The notes under the pieces: model-generated
What the model was told of the DNA's origin: nothing
Databases searched by the model: none
Seen by the model: the letters and a program-made list of their open reading frames with translations, nothing else
Translations under genes and position numbers: made by a program
From: the human T2T-CHM13v2.0 reference genome, Homo sapiens
DNA: 64,000 nt
NCBI RefSeq assembly: GCF_009914755.1
Contig: NC_060928.1
Strand: one strand, 5' to 3'
Part shown: piece by piece, positions 1-29,845 of the stretch
Numbering within the stretch: position 1 is the first letter of the stretch
How the letters are laid out: every line of letters begins with the position of its first letter

Positions 1-19
1 TAAGTTATGGACAAGATAA

Positions 20-350
<331 letters not shown>

Positions 351-362
351 CAAGTACTATCT

Positions 363-2706
<2,344 letters not shown>

Positions 2707-4989
2707 TGATATGTTTTGGTTGTGTCCCTACCGAGATCTTAATGTGAATTGTATCTCCCGGAATTCCCACATGTTGTGAGAGGGACCCGGCGGAGGCGGG
2801 GGGGGGGTGATTGAATCATGCAGGCCAGTCTTTCCCTTGCTATTTTTGTGATAGTGAATAAGTCTCACAAGATCTGATGGGTTTATCAGGGGTTTCTGCT
2901 TTTGCTTCTTCCTCATTTTCTCTTGGTGCTGCCATGTAAGAAGTGAATTTCACCTCCCCCCATGATTCTGAGGCCTCCCCAGCCCACATGGAACTGTAAG
3001 TCCAATTAAACCTCTTTTTCTTCCCAGTCTCAGATATGTCTTTATCAGCAGTATGAAAACAGACTAATACAGTAAATTGGTACCATTAGAGTGGGGTGTT
3101 GCTGAAAAGATACCTGAAAATGTGGAAGCGACTTTGGAACTGGGTAACAAGCAGAGGTTGGAACAGGTTGGAGGGCTCACAAGAAGACAGGAAAATGTGG
3201 GAAAGTTTGGAATCTCCTAGAGACTTGTTGAATGGCTTTTTCCAAAATGCTGATAGCGATATAGACAATAAGATCCAGGCTGAGGTGGTGTCAGATGGAG
3301 ATAAGGAACTTGTTGGGAACTGGAGCAAAGGTGACTCTTGTTATGTTTTAGCAAAGAGACTGACAGCATTTTGCCCCTGCCCTAGAGATTTGTGGAACTT
3401 TGAACTTGAGAAAGATGATTTAGGGTATCTGGAAGAAATTTCCAAGCAGCAAAGTATTCAAGAGGTGACTTGGGTACTGCTAAAGGTATTCAGTTTTGTA
3501 AGGGAAGCAGAGCATAAAAGTTCAGAAAATTTGCAGCCTGACTATGCAATAGGAAAAAAAAAATTTTCTCGGGAGAAATTCAGTGCAGCTGCAGAAATTT
3601 GTGTAAGTAGCAAGGAGCCTAATATTAATCCCCAAGACCATGGGGAAAATGTCTCCAGGCCATGTCAGAGACCTTCATGGCAGCCCCTCCCATCACAGGC
3701 CCAGAGACCCTGGAGGAAAAAGTGGTTTTGTGGGCCAGGGCCAGGGTCCCTGTGCTGTGTGAAGCCTAGGGACTCAGTGCTGTGCGTCCCAGCCCCTCCA
3801 GCTGTGGCTGAAAGGGGCGAACATACAGCTCGGGCTGTGGCTTCAGAGGGTGGAAGCCCCAAGCCTTGGCAACTTCCACATGGTGTTGAGCCTGCAAGTG
3901 CACAGAAGTCAAGAATTGTTTGGCAACCTCTGCCTAGATTTCAGAAGATATATGGAAATGCCCAGATGCCCAAGCAAAAGTTTGCTGCAGTGGTGGGGTC
4001 CTCATGGAGAACCTCGCTAGGGCAATGCAGAAGGGAAATGTGAGGTCAGAGCCTCCACACAGACTCCCTCCTGGGGCACTGCCTAGCGAAGCTGTGAAAA
4101 GAGAGCCACCATCCTCCAGGGCCCAGAATGGTAGATCTACTGACAACTTGCGCTGTGCACCTGGAAAAGCCACAGACACTCAATGCCAGCCCATGAAAGC
4201 AGCTGGGAGGGAGGATGTACCCTGCAAAGCCACAGGGGTGGAGCTGTCCAAGACCATGGGAATCCATCTCTTGCATCAGCGTGACCTGGATGTGAGACTT
4301 GGAGTCATAGGAGATCATTTTGGACCTTCAAAATTAGACTGCCTGCTGGATTTTGGACTTGCACGGGCCCAGCAACCCCTTTGTTTTGACCAGTCTCTCC
4401 CATTTGGAATGACTCTATTTATCTGATACCTATACCCTCATTGTATCTAGAAAGTAACTAGCTTGCTTTTGATTTTACAGGCTCATAGGTGGAAGAGACT
4501 TGCCTTGTCTCAGGTGAGACTTTGGACTGTGGACTTTTGGGTTAATGCTGAAATGAGTTAAGACTTTGGGGGGTTGTTGGGAGGGCATGATTGGTTTTGA
4601 AATGTGAGGACAGAAATTTGGAGGGGCCAGGGGAAGAATGATATGGTTTGGCTGTGTCCCCACCCAAATCTCAACTTGAATTGTATCTCCCAGAATTCCC
4701 ACATGTTGTGGGAGGGACCCAGGGAGAGGTAATTGAATCATGGGGACCGGTATTTCCCATGCTATTCTCATGATAATGAATAAGTCTCATGAGATCTGAT
4801 GGGTTTATCAGGGGTTTCTGCTTTTGCTTCTTCCTCATCTTCTCTTGCCGCCACCATGTAAGAAGTGCCTTTTGCCTCCTGCCATGATTCTGAGGCCTCC
4901 CCAGCCATGTGGAACTGTAAGTCCAATTAAGCCTTTTTCTTCCCAGTCTTGGGTATGTTTTTTCAGCAGTGTGAAAACAGACTAATATA
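2707..4989 (+). mobile_element. Full-length THE1A MaLR: 5'LTR 2707-3071, internal 3072-4638, 3'LTR 4639-4989
   Basis: Two direct LTRs tgatatg(g/t)tttgg...gactaata(c/t)a; internal begins gtaaattggtacc; purine tract before the 3'LTR. Confidence 0.95.
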
Positions 4990-6166
4990 TCTGTTTACAT
5001 AGAAAAAATCTGCAAGGCAAAATCCTTTGACAGAGTATCCATCTTTGTGGATAGAAAATTGTAGCATTTTAAAGAATCAAGTTTAAAATACACAAGTACA
5101 CTCAGCATTAAGTGTTTGTGGGCAGGGATGACCTGCTTTTGCACATCACCAAACCTTATGTTCCAGTGTGGGGGGTGGACAATAAATGTTTGAAGTCTCT
5201 ATGGGACAGAGGAGTTCCAGAATGCATGTGCCACAGTGGGCTGAGACATCACCCTCTGCATACCGAATCACCTCAGTCCCCCAATCTCCTCTCGGATGCC
5301 ATGACTGACAGCAGTAAATAAGCTCTCGCCGTTGGAAAACTGGAGTGAAAGTTTCATTCTAAAAGAAGAATTTTAATGCACTGTGACTCAGCTGCCCATT
5401 CCTGTTGTTTTGCTGCTGTAAACATTGCAACACATGGATTGTGCAGGGTAGAAGTGAACTGTATTATTACTTATTAACTTTTGCTTGCAATTCTCGTCTA
5501 ATATTTATTATGCCCTCTGTTCATGTTTGTTGGTGTTTTTTAAAGTCTGATGGTTAAATGTAGCAGTTTTTAAGGAAAATATACTAAATGGAAGAGCAGT
5601 ATTCATAGGCTTATACCTGTGAATAATTCTGATTAAAGCTAATTACAACCTTCTGAGTCATTTCATGATTCAGCATTAATATGATTAAGGATGCACCAAA
5701 AAGTAACAATCAAAGTTATTTGTTGATGAGTTTTAGGTGGTCTGGTAATTCAAGTTGGCCTAGTCTGTTATATGTTGAGTGTCATCTTACAAATACAGCA
5801 GTGGCTCCAAAAAATTGGAAAAGAACCTACCTACAAATCACAGCCATTTAATAGTAAAAGTGCTGATGTTTTTTAAATGACTATTGGAAATTCCAAACAG
5901 GGAAAGCTCTCGCAAGAAAAAAAAAGAAAGAAAGAAAGAATGAAAAGAAAAGATAATCACATTCAGTGGAAAGGCTTACAGCAACTTATTTACTAGCTGG
6001 ACTAATTGCTCAAAAAAGGAAAAGTCACACCATTGGTGAGAATCTCATTAGGCCAGCATGTAAAATTACAGTGAGTAAAACGACAAGATAAGATGCAGTA
6101 TAAGAAGTTGACAAGGTTCCACTTTCAACAGTATAGCTCAACATAGTGATGACATGTCACATGATG

Positions 6167-6866
6167 TGGAAGAGGATTGGAATATGCTACCCCAAAATAT
6201 GCCACTTTGGCATATGAATTATTTTGAGCTGAAGGCATTTGAGAATTAGCAGATGCAAAGAGAACCTTCCTGGGGCTTTCCCTATCTGACTAAAAGCAGA
6301 AATGCCTGAGAAATGAGAACTGCCATAAATCTCCTCTCCCAGGGACATTTTATGACCATGAAGAAAACAGAAAGTTGGCACCAAGATGGACCCGCACAAA
6401 CCAACCTTACTAAATTAACCCTTATCTTCCATTACTTTCCCCATATGTCTATGATCCCACAGAGGGCAGCCCCTAGAAGCTTAAAACCCTTTTCCTGCTG
6501 GTGTGGTGGCTATACCTGTAGTCACAACTACTCAGGACTGAGGTGGGAGGATTGCTTGAAGCCAGGAGTTCCAGGCCAACCTGGGCAACATAGCAAGACC
6601 CCATCTCTCTTAAAAAAAAGTCCTTTGTCTTGTCACTTTTCCACAATTTATTGCTCTTTGTTGAAGATGGTATATAAGCTCTCAGATCTATCTGCTTATT
6701 TGGCTCTTCACTTCTTTTCCAGGAAGGCCCTTATATATAAAGATTAAGATCAAATAAAATTTGTATGTCTTTTCTCCTGTTAATCTGTCTTTCATCAGTC
6801 TAATCTTCAGTGCCCCAGACAATGAACCTAAAGGAGCAGAGGAAAAAGTTTATATTCCTTTCCTGT
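6167..6866 (+). mobile_element. MER34-like ERV1 solo LTR inside the hAT element, itself containing an Alu monomer (~6497-6619)
   Basis: accccaaaatatgccactttggc signature; TSD gatg 6163-6166/6867-6870; removal restores transposase DDMSHDAEE. Confidence 0.75.
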
Positions 6867-7155
6867 GATGCTGAAGAATTTTGCGTAATGAACTGGAAAA
6901 CAATAGCTTCCTTATTCAGGTTGATGAGTCAACAGACGTTACCAATAAATATCACTGGGTAGCACTGGGAAGATCTGTAAGTAATGATGAATCTCAAGAA
7001 ACCTTCCTGCTGTAAAAATTCACCTCAAGGCCAAGACACATTTAAGGTTCTGTCTTCCTACCTGGAAACAAAAGCTCTGTCTTGGAGGAACCATGCTCAC
7101 AATCTGGACCATAGGGTCCCACGCATGGATGGTTCCATAAGAATTTTCACCTCTT

Positions 7156-7462
<307 letters not shown>

Positions 7463-8498
7463 TCACCTCTTGTAAAGAAAGAAAATTCTGACAAAGTCAC
7501 AACACACTACTTTCTTTATAGAAAGGTATTGAAGTAAAAAACTCTTGGAGGTGAAGTGACCAAAGTTCTGAGTGATTCTCAAACATGAGAAACTACATTT
7601 TAAAAAGCCCAGTTCACTTGAGTACGCTTTAAAAACTAAGAAAACCTGGACAAAGGTACATGAATCTCCCAGTACAGAGAAACCAGGTGGCTTAACAAAG
7701 GAAGAGTTCGAGCTGAAAGGTGACTTGCAGGAGGACTTTCAAGAAAATGGAAAGCCAGATTTTTCTTAGTGCTTTGAAGATAAAGAATGTCAGCAGAAAC
7801 TAGCCTACTTAGCAAATACTTTATCACATAAACTAGTTGAACAAGTATCTTGCAGGCCCCAGGAGAAAACGTGTTGACTCCAAGTAATGAGATTCTTGGA
7901 TTTAAAAGGAAACTGAATTTTTGAAAAAATCATGCTGAAAAAATCTTAAAATGCTTCCAATGTCGTTTGGCCCTATGAGCAAGGAAAGACATCAGTAAGT
8001 CTCACATCTTATTGAAAACCTTCTGGAAGAACTTCAGGACAAAATGAAAGGGCGTTTTCTCTCCATTTCAACACCAATGACCAGCGGAGGGACTTTTCCT
8101 TTAAACCTACTCAGCTTGAGAACTTGACTTTGAGAGGAGAGAAAGAACTTTGTAAACTGCAGTCTGATAGTACATTCAAGATGAGATTCACTGATCTCTC
8201 CCTAGGCGAGTTCTGGATTTCTGTGAAAGAAGAGTATCCTGCTATTCGTATGCCTAAAATGAAAATTTTGTTACAATGTTCAATTTCTTACTTACGTAAG
8301 CAAACTTTTTCCAGTATAACAAGCATGAAGAACACAGACAGAAATTCTCATTTCAATTGAAAAGGAAATCTGCAGGTGCTTAGTCCAAATTCATCCCAGG
8401 ATCCAGTATTTGTGCTACCAAAAATAAGCACAGGTATCCACTTAAAGAGGCAAATTTTACTCTTTATTGTTAATTTCAAAAGTAATATTTTACGCCTA

Positions 8499-8815
<317 letters not shown>

Positions 8816-10414
8816 TCAAAATTTTATGGAAAGGAAAGATTCATCTCAAGAAAGGAAAGCTAAATATAGCGGTTTTGTAAAAAGGAAGTTTGGCTAAAAG
8901 GGAATTGTTTGTTTTAAATAGGAGGAACTACTCTTGCACATGTCCATGTAACCCTTTTATTCGTAGGCATTTTTATTAAGACTTTCACGCCCACTTGGAT
9001 AAAGTTTTTAAAAATCAAATATAGAATTTAAAAGAAAGAAAAACGTATTTCTCTTATCTATACCACTGATACCCTTTAACATCCTTAATATCCTTTGTGA
9101 GGAAGGGGAACTATACAGTCAAACAGAGCCATGGTTCCCAGCCCACGGCATTGCCAAGGAGGGTTTGGGCTCCCAATGAAGGGATCCTTTAGCCACCAGG
9201 GGGCAGCACCAGGACACTTATTTCTCAGGGAATAAACAAAAAGAAGGAAAAAGTTACCTTATTCAACAAGTATCTATTGGACGTCGTATCGTATGTGCCA
9301 AACACTTAAGGAATTTACATTTACTGGGGCAATGGAATGGTGATAACGGGTATCAAAAGCAAAGTTGCCTACCTCCAATTTTACGAATACCTCATTAGCA
9401 TTACCTCTTCCAAACACCCATGTTGACCTTTCAACAAACATATTTTTCGCTTCTTTCTCATTTCTAGGCCCTCTTCCTTCTTTGAATCCCACTTTTGGAT
9501 GGATAATAGTTCAGGTGAGCCTCTGATCATTTCCTAAGTGGAACAAAAAATTGTCACTACTGGCCACTCCTCTCTCAAAATTATAGACACTATGTCAGAC
9601 TTTTTTCCTACCAATGTCATTATGGAAATTTCATTTTTCCTTCTTTTTTTTTCTCTTGGCCTGAAAAACCTAAATTACTTATCATCTGGTCCTTTACAGA
9701 AAAAGTTTGTCAACCCCTTGATCTACCCCACCATCTTCTCTTCTTTGCACAACAAAAGATTCCAGGCCGTGTGTCTGCTTCTTCAACCTCCTGGCCTCTT
9801 TTCTCTTCCTCAGACAGTCTTTCCCTTCCTCGGGACTTTTATCCTTGCTGCATCCTTTAACTGCAATGCCTTTAGAGGCTCATTCCTATCCCTTAAATCT
9901 CATCTCCAACACCACTATCTAGAGTAAATATCCCCTTCTCTAGTTACTATGTCGTGAAATCACCCCTTTATTTCCTTCATAATTATCTCACTTATTGTCT
10001 ATTTCCTTCACCAGAATGGAAGCTCCATGAGCTCAGGCACCTGACTGTCTTTTTCAACACTGACTAGTACATAACAGGCACTCAATATTTTTTTTAATTG
10101 TGGTAAAATATACATAACAAAAGTTACCATTTTAAGTATATAATTCAGCAGCGTTACATACATTCAAATTGTTGTGCAACCATCACCACCATCCATCTCC
10201 GGAACTTTTTATCTTCCCAAGCTAAGGCTCTTGGCCCATTAAACAATAACTTCTAATTGCATCCTTCCCTGTCCACCCTGGTGACCATCATTCTGCACTC
10301 TATGAATTTGGCTACTTTATGTCCCCCAAATAAGTGGAATCATACAATAGGTGTCCTTTTGTGACTGGCTTATTTTCCTTAGCATAATATCTTCAGGGTT
10401 TATCCATGTTATAG

Positions 10415-12033
<1,619 letters not shown>

Positions 12034-13565
12034 TTAACTTTGAAATTATGGAGTATATCAAATATACATATATAATATAATACATCAAATCCTCATATAA
12101 TCATCACCCAGCTTAACAACTATCAGCTCACTGTGAAGCAAATCACGTCATGTTGTCTGTATTTCAAATGCCTTCCTGACAGATTAGTAAATGGTTTGAA
12201 TGTCTTAGCATTTTATGAAGAAGATTTTTTCAGCTGAATTTGGTATCAGATTCCTATCTGCAAATCTGTCATATAATATGGTAGAAAGCATTTCATTAAT
12301 ACAAATTTCAAATTGAATATTTTAGAAGGATTTTTACATGCCTGATTATTTCAAGAATGCAAATTTTGAAGGAAAATATTTGTCAACAATTAGTCACTAA
12401 GAAAGATAAAAATTGTTGGACTACAAGGTGACTATACTTCTTTCAGTAACTGGTGGGGGCTCAGAGACTACGTCCATGGCTCTCCACTTGGTGAAAGAAT
12501 CACAGGGAACTCAGTTTGCTTGTTTGTTTTTGAGACAGAGTCACAGGGAACTCAGTTTGCTTGTTTGTTTTTGAGACAGAGTCTCCTTCTGTCACCCAGG
12601 CTGGAGTGCAGCCGCTTTCTGGGCTCAAACGAATCTCCCACCTCAGCCTCCTGAGTAGCTAGCACTACAGGTGCACACCACACATGGCTAATCTTTGGAT
12701 TTTTTTTGTAGAGATGGGGTTTCACCATGTTGCCTGGGCTGGTCTCGAACTCCCGGGCTTAAGCAATCTTCCTGCCTCAGCCTCCCAAAGTGCTGGGATT
12801 ACAGGCATGAGCCACCATGCCAGGCCCGGAAAGAACTTGTTTAAAACGTAGGTTCCGGGGCCTCATTTTTGGAGATTTCAGGTTAGGTCTAGGCTGAGGT
12901 CCAGAAACATGCACTTCTAGTAAGTGCCGACGGTGATTCTGATGGAGGTGGTCTGAGACCCCATTAAGGGCAACACTGGCTGAAAACCCTTTTGCTAAGT
13001 TTGGCAGTAATTTGCTCCCTGGCTTTGGCCATTTAAAATTTGGCCTTTTAGTATTCTCTTCAGTGAAGATTTTCATGTACCAACCAGATAAATATACCAT
13101 AACCCAGCACAGCCTTTCTTTCCATTCTCTGCTTTGAATGATGCACACTCTTCCCACAGCTTTCATGATCATATATTGTCTCACTTGTGAGTATGATTCG
13201 TTTTCATGGTCTTTGTAAATTCTGATTTGATTTCTTTGTCGGTTTCCAGGAGCAACGAACGGTAACATTAAAATTAGATGGCATTGGCCTGAGCAATTTA
13301 TAATATAGTGAATATTTAATACTACTGAGGATGAGGAAAAATGTAAGAAAAGATTATCCATTTTGGTAATAGTCATTTCTTTTGCATCAGCTTGTTTACT
13401 GTTGGAACACAAAAACAATTTGCCTGAATCTTCTTAATTTAAAAACAGGCCAGGTGCGGTGGCTCTCACCTGTAATCCCAGCACTTTGGGAGGCCAAGGC
13501 AGGCGGATCATGAGGTCAGGAGATGGAGACCACCTGGCTAACACAGTGAAACCCTGTCTCTACTA

Positions 13566-13808
<243 letters not shown>

Positions 13809-14086
13809 TTAACAGCAACTAATAGCAATCAACAGCAATCTTCTTAGAAAATAATTTTATGCTACCAACTAAAGTTCCAATTTCACAGCAATAGAGCTAA
13901 AGCTAAAGGGAAAACCTCAGGAATAAGTGGCCTGAACATGAGGAAAATGTAATAGAAGAAAGCAAAGAATAAGAGGAAACTGGATCTGAGTTATTTATCG
14001 AAGCACATTAAAGAACAACCATAGGCCGGACGTGGTGGCTCACGCCTGCAGTCCCAACACTTCCAGAGGCCGAGGCAGGTGGATCA

Positions 14087-14897
<811 letters not shown>

Positions 14898-14939
14898 ATA
14901 TTATTTGGGAACTTAATCCACTGGGCATTTGCTCACAGC

Positions 14940-15122
14940 CTTCCCTCCCTCCCTCCCTTCCGTTCCGTTCCCTCCCTTCCTCCCTCCCTCCTTTCTTCTC
15001 TCCCTCTTTTCCTTCTTTCCTTCCTTCCTTCCTTTCCTTCCTTCCTTCCCTCCTTTCTTTTCCCTCTCGTCTCCTCTCCTCTACTTTTCTCTTCTCTTCT
15101 CTTTTTTCTTTCCTTTTCTTTC
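14940..15122. repeat. (TTCC)/(TC)-rich polypyrimidine tract (expanded Alu tail)
   Basis: ~180 nt almost pure C/T. Confidence 0.9.
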
Positions 15123-15289
15123 CCAAGATCTTGCTGTGTCACCCAGGCTGCAGTGCAGTGCAATCAGAGCTCACTGCAGCTTCAATCTCCCTGGCTTAAG
15201 CAATCCTTCTGCCTCAGCCTCCCGAGTAGCTGGGACTACACATACATGTCACCATGCCCGGCTAATTTTTTTTTTTAAATTTTTTGTAG

Positions 15290-15630
<341 letters not shown>

Positions 15631-16428
15631 TAACATTTAGTCCCTGAATTCTGATATGTAACTCTGTGGCTAAGATTGCTAGAAAGAGATGCATTTAGAG
15701 AGCTGGATGGATAAAATGTAAGTCCTGCGTTTTTCTCTTTTCTTTTAGGTGGGGCTGTCATAGCTATATGCAGGGGTCCCATTGTGCTAGCTGGCAGGCT
15801 TTGCACAAGATTTTGCAGCTGAAAGAGGAATTTGAGAAAAATACAAGATCCCAATGAGTATAAAATAAAAGCACAGAAGGACACAATTACCATTGTGGAT
15901 ACTGCCAAATGATTCACAGGGCAGCAAGTGGGAAGGGAAGGAGCAGAATCTGCCCGATTCTTAATATGTAGCAAGAGCTTCTACCCAATAATTCTGCTTT
16001 AAGGGGCCTCTGTTAAGGAAATAATCCTAAATACATAAAAACAAGCACATAGGTCGTCATGAGATATTATTTAGCCATTATAAATAATACAACTTAGTAT
16101 ATACATTATCAACTCAATTATGTTTTCTGAAAAGGATACTGATGAACAAAGACTAGAAAGAAATACAAAACAGTACTATAAGTACTTAATTTTTGTATGG
16201 TGAATTATGACTGTGGAATTTCAATATTCATTTTAGTTCCTATTTTGAAAATTTCTACCCTTAACAATGTCATTTTTATAATCTCTCTACCCCCAAAAAA
16301 AACCCACAACAAAAAAATGATCACCATAATACAAAAGTTTTTCAAAAAATAAATGCATGGAAATTATCTGTATTGATTAAAAAAAGATCCAATCACTTCA
16401 GGTTTCAGATTTGTAGGTGGCAAGATGA

Positions 16429-17155
<727 letters not shown>

Positions 17156-18619
17156 TAGTAGGTTTAGATCTATTGTATTGAGCAAAAAAAGTTCTCAACT
17201 ACAGCCTCGACATTTTGTACTTGACAGGTGTGGTGGCTCACACCTGTAATCCCAGCACTTTGGGAAGCTGAAGAGGGAGGATGGATTGAGGCCAGGAGTT
17301 TGAGACTCGCCTGGGCAACATAGTGAAGCCCCCATCTCAACATAAAATTTAAAAATTCTGCACGTGTGGTGGCCTGTGCCTCTAGTCCTAGCTACTTGGA
17401 AGGCTAAGGCAAAAGATTGCTTGAGCCCAGGAGTTGGGGGCTGCAGTGAGCTATGATTGCCCCACTGCATTCCAGCCTGGGCATCAGAGACAGACCCTGT
17501 AACAAATAAAAATATAAAAATTCTATACCTTACAGCATGGTAGAGAAAACCATGGCTTGGACTTTGAGGACTATTGTTTGTTTTTTGGGACAGAGTCTCA
17601 CTCTGTCACCCAGACTAGAGTGCAGTGGCACGCTCATGGCTCACTGTAGCCTTAACCTCCTGGGCTCAAGTGATCTTCCCACCTCAACCTCCTGAGTAGG
17701 TGGGACTACAGCTGCAAGCTACCATTCCTGGCTAATTTTATTGTATTTTTTGTGGAAACAGAGTTTCGCCATGTTGCCCAGACTGGTCTCGAACTCCTGG
17801 GCTCAAGCAGTCTGCCTGAGTCAGCCTCCTAAAGTGGTAGATTACAGGCAAGAGCCACCGCGTCTGGCCCTATTGTTACTAATACTCCACATTACCATAA
17901 AAAGACTTTGATATGACTATTAGAGAATGATTCTTAAACAGGACTGTGTTCATATGGTTGATCATTAGGGATTTAAATCTGAAAACTAAAATGACTTCTC
18001 ATTCCTTGGGCCTGGCAGGAGTTTAAAAGTGTTTCTATAGTAAATGCTTTTGTCCTTCAAAGGCCTCTACTAGGAATCTATGGGTGTATTTCCCATGACT
18101 GAGACAATGTATTTTCCTCTTGCTGACATTTCCACCACTAATAGGATTTTCCATGGCCCACTCCACATGGACATTTTTCTCATGGAGTCCCATTGTGCCT
18201 CTTGGTCAGGATTTTAAATGGCTCCCGACTCTGGGGCCTTCATGTGATCTGCAGGAAATACTCAAGCAACATTGGGCCTAACAAACTCAGGAATGTAGGC
18301 TGATCCCAAAATATCGACGACCCCTTCTTCGTGCCTGCCTTTTCAGGAGCTAGTCATCTCTTCTTTGTCTTTCTTGATTTCTAGGTGAGATTCGGTTAAT
18401 GCACTGTCTTTTTAATTACAGGTGAACATATTAGATTTTCTGAAAGGTCCCACTAAGTCCTCCCCTCCCAACCTGAGGTTTTCTGCCCCCTCTTTCGCTG
18501 GAGGACTCCACCGCACAGCCATCTCTATAGTCATCTTCCCTATCTATTTACCTTTTAAAATACTTAATGGAGACTAGGGGCTCAAGACGCATCTATTGGC
18601 CAGGCTCTGTGGTTCATGC

Positions 18620-20024
18620 TGGGTCCGGAATTGGTGGGTTCTTGGTCTCACTGCCTTCAAAAATGAAGCCGCAGATCCTCTCGGTGAGTGTTACAGTTCT
18701 TAAGGTGGCACGTCTGGAGTTTGTTCCTTCTGACGTTCAGATGTGTTCGGAGTTTCTTTCTTCTGGTGGGTTCGTGGTCTCACTGGCTCAGGAGTGAAGC
18801 TGCAGACCTTCGCAGTGAGTGTTACAGCTCTTAAGGCAGCGCGTCTGGAGTTGTTAGTTCCTCCCGGTGGGCTCGTGGTCTCACTGGCTTCAGGAGTGAA
18901 GCTGCAGACCTTCGCGGTGAGTGTTACAGCTCATAAAAGCAGTATAGACCCAAAGAGTGCACAGTAGCAAGAGTTATTGCAAAGAGCGAAAGAACAAAGC
19001 CTACACAGTGTGGAAGCGGACCCCAGCGGGTTGCCAATGCTGGCTCGGGCAGCCTGCTTTTATTCTCTTATCTGGCCCCACCCACGTCCTGCTGATTGGT
19101 AGAGCCGAGTGGTCTGTTTTGTCAGGGCACTGATTGGTGCATTTACAATCCCTGCGCTAGACACAAAGGTTCTCCACGTCCCCACCAGATTAGTTAGATA
19201 CAGAGTGTCTACACAAAGGTTCTCCAAGGCCCCACCAGAGTAGCTAGATACAGAGTGTCGTTTGGTGCACTCACAAACCCTGAGCTAGACACAGGGTGCC
19301 GATTGGTGTGTTTACAAACCTTGAGCTAGATACAGAGTGCCGATTGGTGTATTTACAATCCCTGAGCTAGACATAAAGATTCTCCAGTCCCCACCAGACT
19401 CAGGAGCCCAGCTGGCTTCACCCAGTGGATCCCCCACCGGGGCTGCAGGTGGAGCTGCCTGTCAGTCCCGGGTCCGTGCGCCTGCAGCACTCCTCAGCCC
19501 TTGGGTGGTCGATGGGACTGGGTGCCCTGGAGCAGGGGGTGGAGCTCGTCAGGGAGGCTCGGGCCGCACAGGAGCCCATGGAGGGGGTGGGAGGCTCAGG
19601 CATGGCGGGCTGCAGGTCCCGAGCCCTGCCCCGCAGGAAGGCAGCTAAGACTCGGTGAGAAATCGAGCGCAGCGCCGGTGGGCTGGCACTGCTGGGGGAC
19701 CCAGTACACCCTCCGCAGCCGCTGGCCCGGGTGCTAAGCCCCTCATTGCCCGGGGCCGGCAGGGCCAAGCCCACGCCCACCCGGAACTCCAGCTGGCCCG
19801 CAAGCGCGGCGCGCAGCCCCGGTTCCCGCTCGGGCCTCTCCCTCCACACCTCCCTGCAAGCTGAGGGAGCGGGCTCCGGCCTTGGCCAGCCCAGAAAGGG
19901 GCTCCCACAGTGCAGTGGTGGGCTGAAGGGCTCCTCAAGTGCCGCCAAAGTGGGAGCCCAGGCAGAGGAGGCGCCGAGAGCAAGCGAGGATTGTGAGGAC
20001 TTGCCAGCACGCTGTCACCTCTCA
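18620..20024 (-). mobile_element. LTR12C (ERV9) solo LTR, CpG-rich
   Basis: Reverse of TGAGAGGTGACAGCGTGCTGGC at 20003-20024; other end tgggtccggaattgg; TSD ATGC 18616-18619/20025-20028; ATTGG repeats. Confidence 0.95.
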
Positions 20025-20141
20025 ATGCCTGTAATCCTAGCATTTTAGGAGGCCGGAGTACGCAGATAACTTGAGGTCAGGAGTTCGAGACCAGCCTGAC
20101 CAACATGGTGAAACCCCGTCTCTACTAAAAATACAAAAAAA

Positions 20142-21607
<1,466 letters not shown>

Positions 21608-22127
21608 TCAGGGGCAGAACTATATTTATTTTATTGATATCCCTTTTTACTGTTTGCATGTACTATGCGCACGTACTACTTCAAAAAAATTCAAATAAAT
21701 TAAAGAGAAAAATATATAAATAAGGAGAAGATAACTTCTGCATAAATGGATATTAATATCATGCTCTTGGTTGGGACAATTTGTCATTGTAGAATTGTTC
21801 AGTCCTCCAAAGTTAATCTATAAATGTGGTGCAATACTAATAAAGATCCTATCAAGATTTTTTTGCAACAATTTGACAAATAAATGAATAAATAAACCTC
21901 TACACACTAGCTAATATAATCGAAAAAGAATTATCTATATTATTATATGTATAAGAATTATATAAATAATTGAAAAAGAAAAGAGAAAAGAATTGCCTAT
22001 CAATATAAAGACACATCCAGCCAACAAAATTTTAAATTTCTGTATTTTGGGTAGTGGGCATAGAGAAAGAGCAAGGGAATGGAGAGAGTCAAGGCACAGA
22101 GCCAGGAATGGTACAGAACGGAATGTG

Positions 22128-29290
<7,163 letters not shown>

Positions 29291-29409
29291 CAAGAAATTT
29301 GGGCATTTTCTATATAGTCTTTAAGGCTCCTCCTTTGTGAATCTCTCTTTTCTGTGATTTCTCCTCTACTTCCCATTGCTGTGCGTTTGCATCCCTCCTC
29401 CTCGCCTCT

Positions 29410-29845
29410 TTGGTGAGGGAGGGATTTCTACTGTAAGGCTATGGGAATAAGCTAAACACAACACAAGACACTACACAGATGAGACTGACAGCAGTGTACT
29501 AGTCACATATACTCACAGCCTAGCAGAGAACACCCACTCCACACGGGGCCAGGTGGGGCCTGCACTTGGAAATAGAGAACAACCACGGGTGCAGGCTTTG
29601 TAGTATCAAGAGGATGAGGTCGCTCCTGGTTCCTGAGGGAGGACGTGACTGGTGTGGATGAATAATTCCATAAGCTGTCAGGGAACTAAAACCTGTGACT
29701 CAGGAATAAGCAGGAAATGTGCCTGATCCTTGAGCTAAGGAGTGGAGTGTGGACAGGAACTTGTAGTTAGGCCATTCAAGGGCCTCCTGATTTTACCAGA
29801 TATCAAGGCAATACATGGTATTAACTTTAGACCATACACCACCTG
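29410..29845 (-). mobile_element. Probable ERVL-type solo LTR (family uncertain)
   Basis: ~430-bp LTR-like block with resemblance to MER74/LTR47-type elements from recall. Confidence 0.4.

Noticed and set aside
12777-13418. 213-aa minus-strand ORF
   Set aside because: Non-ATG start, no recognisable domain, runs through a MER5-like element into an Alu.
19337-20048. GC-rich ORFs up to 176 aa
   Set aside because: Inside LTR12C U3; typical spurious frames.
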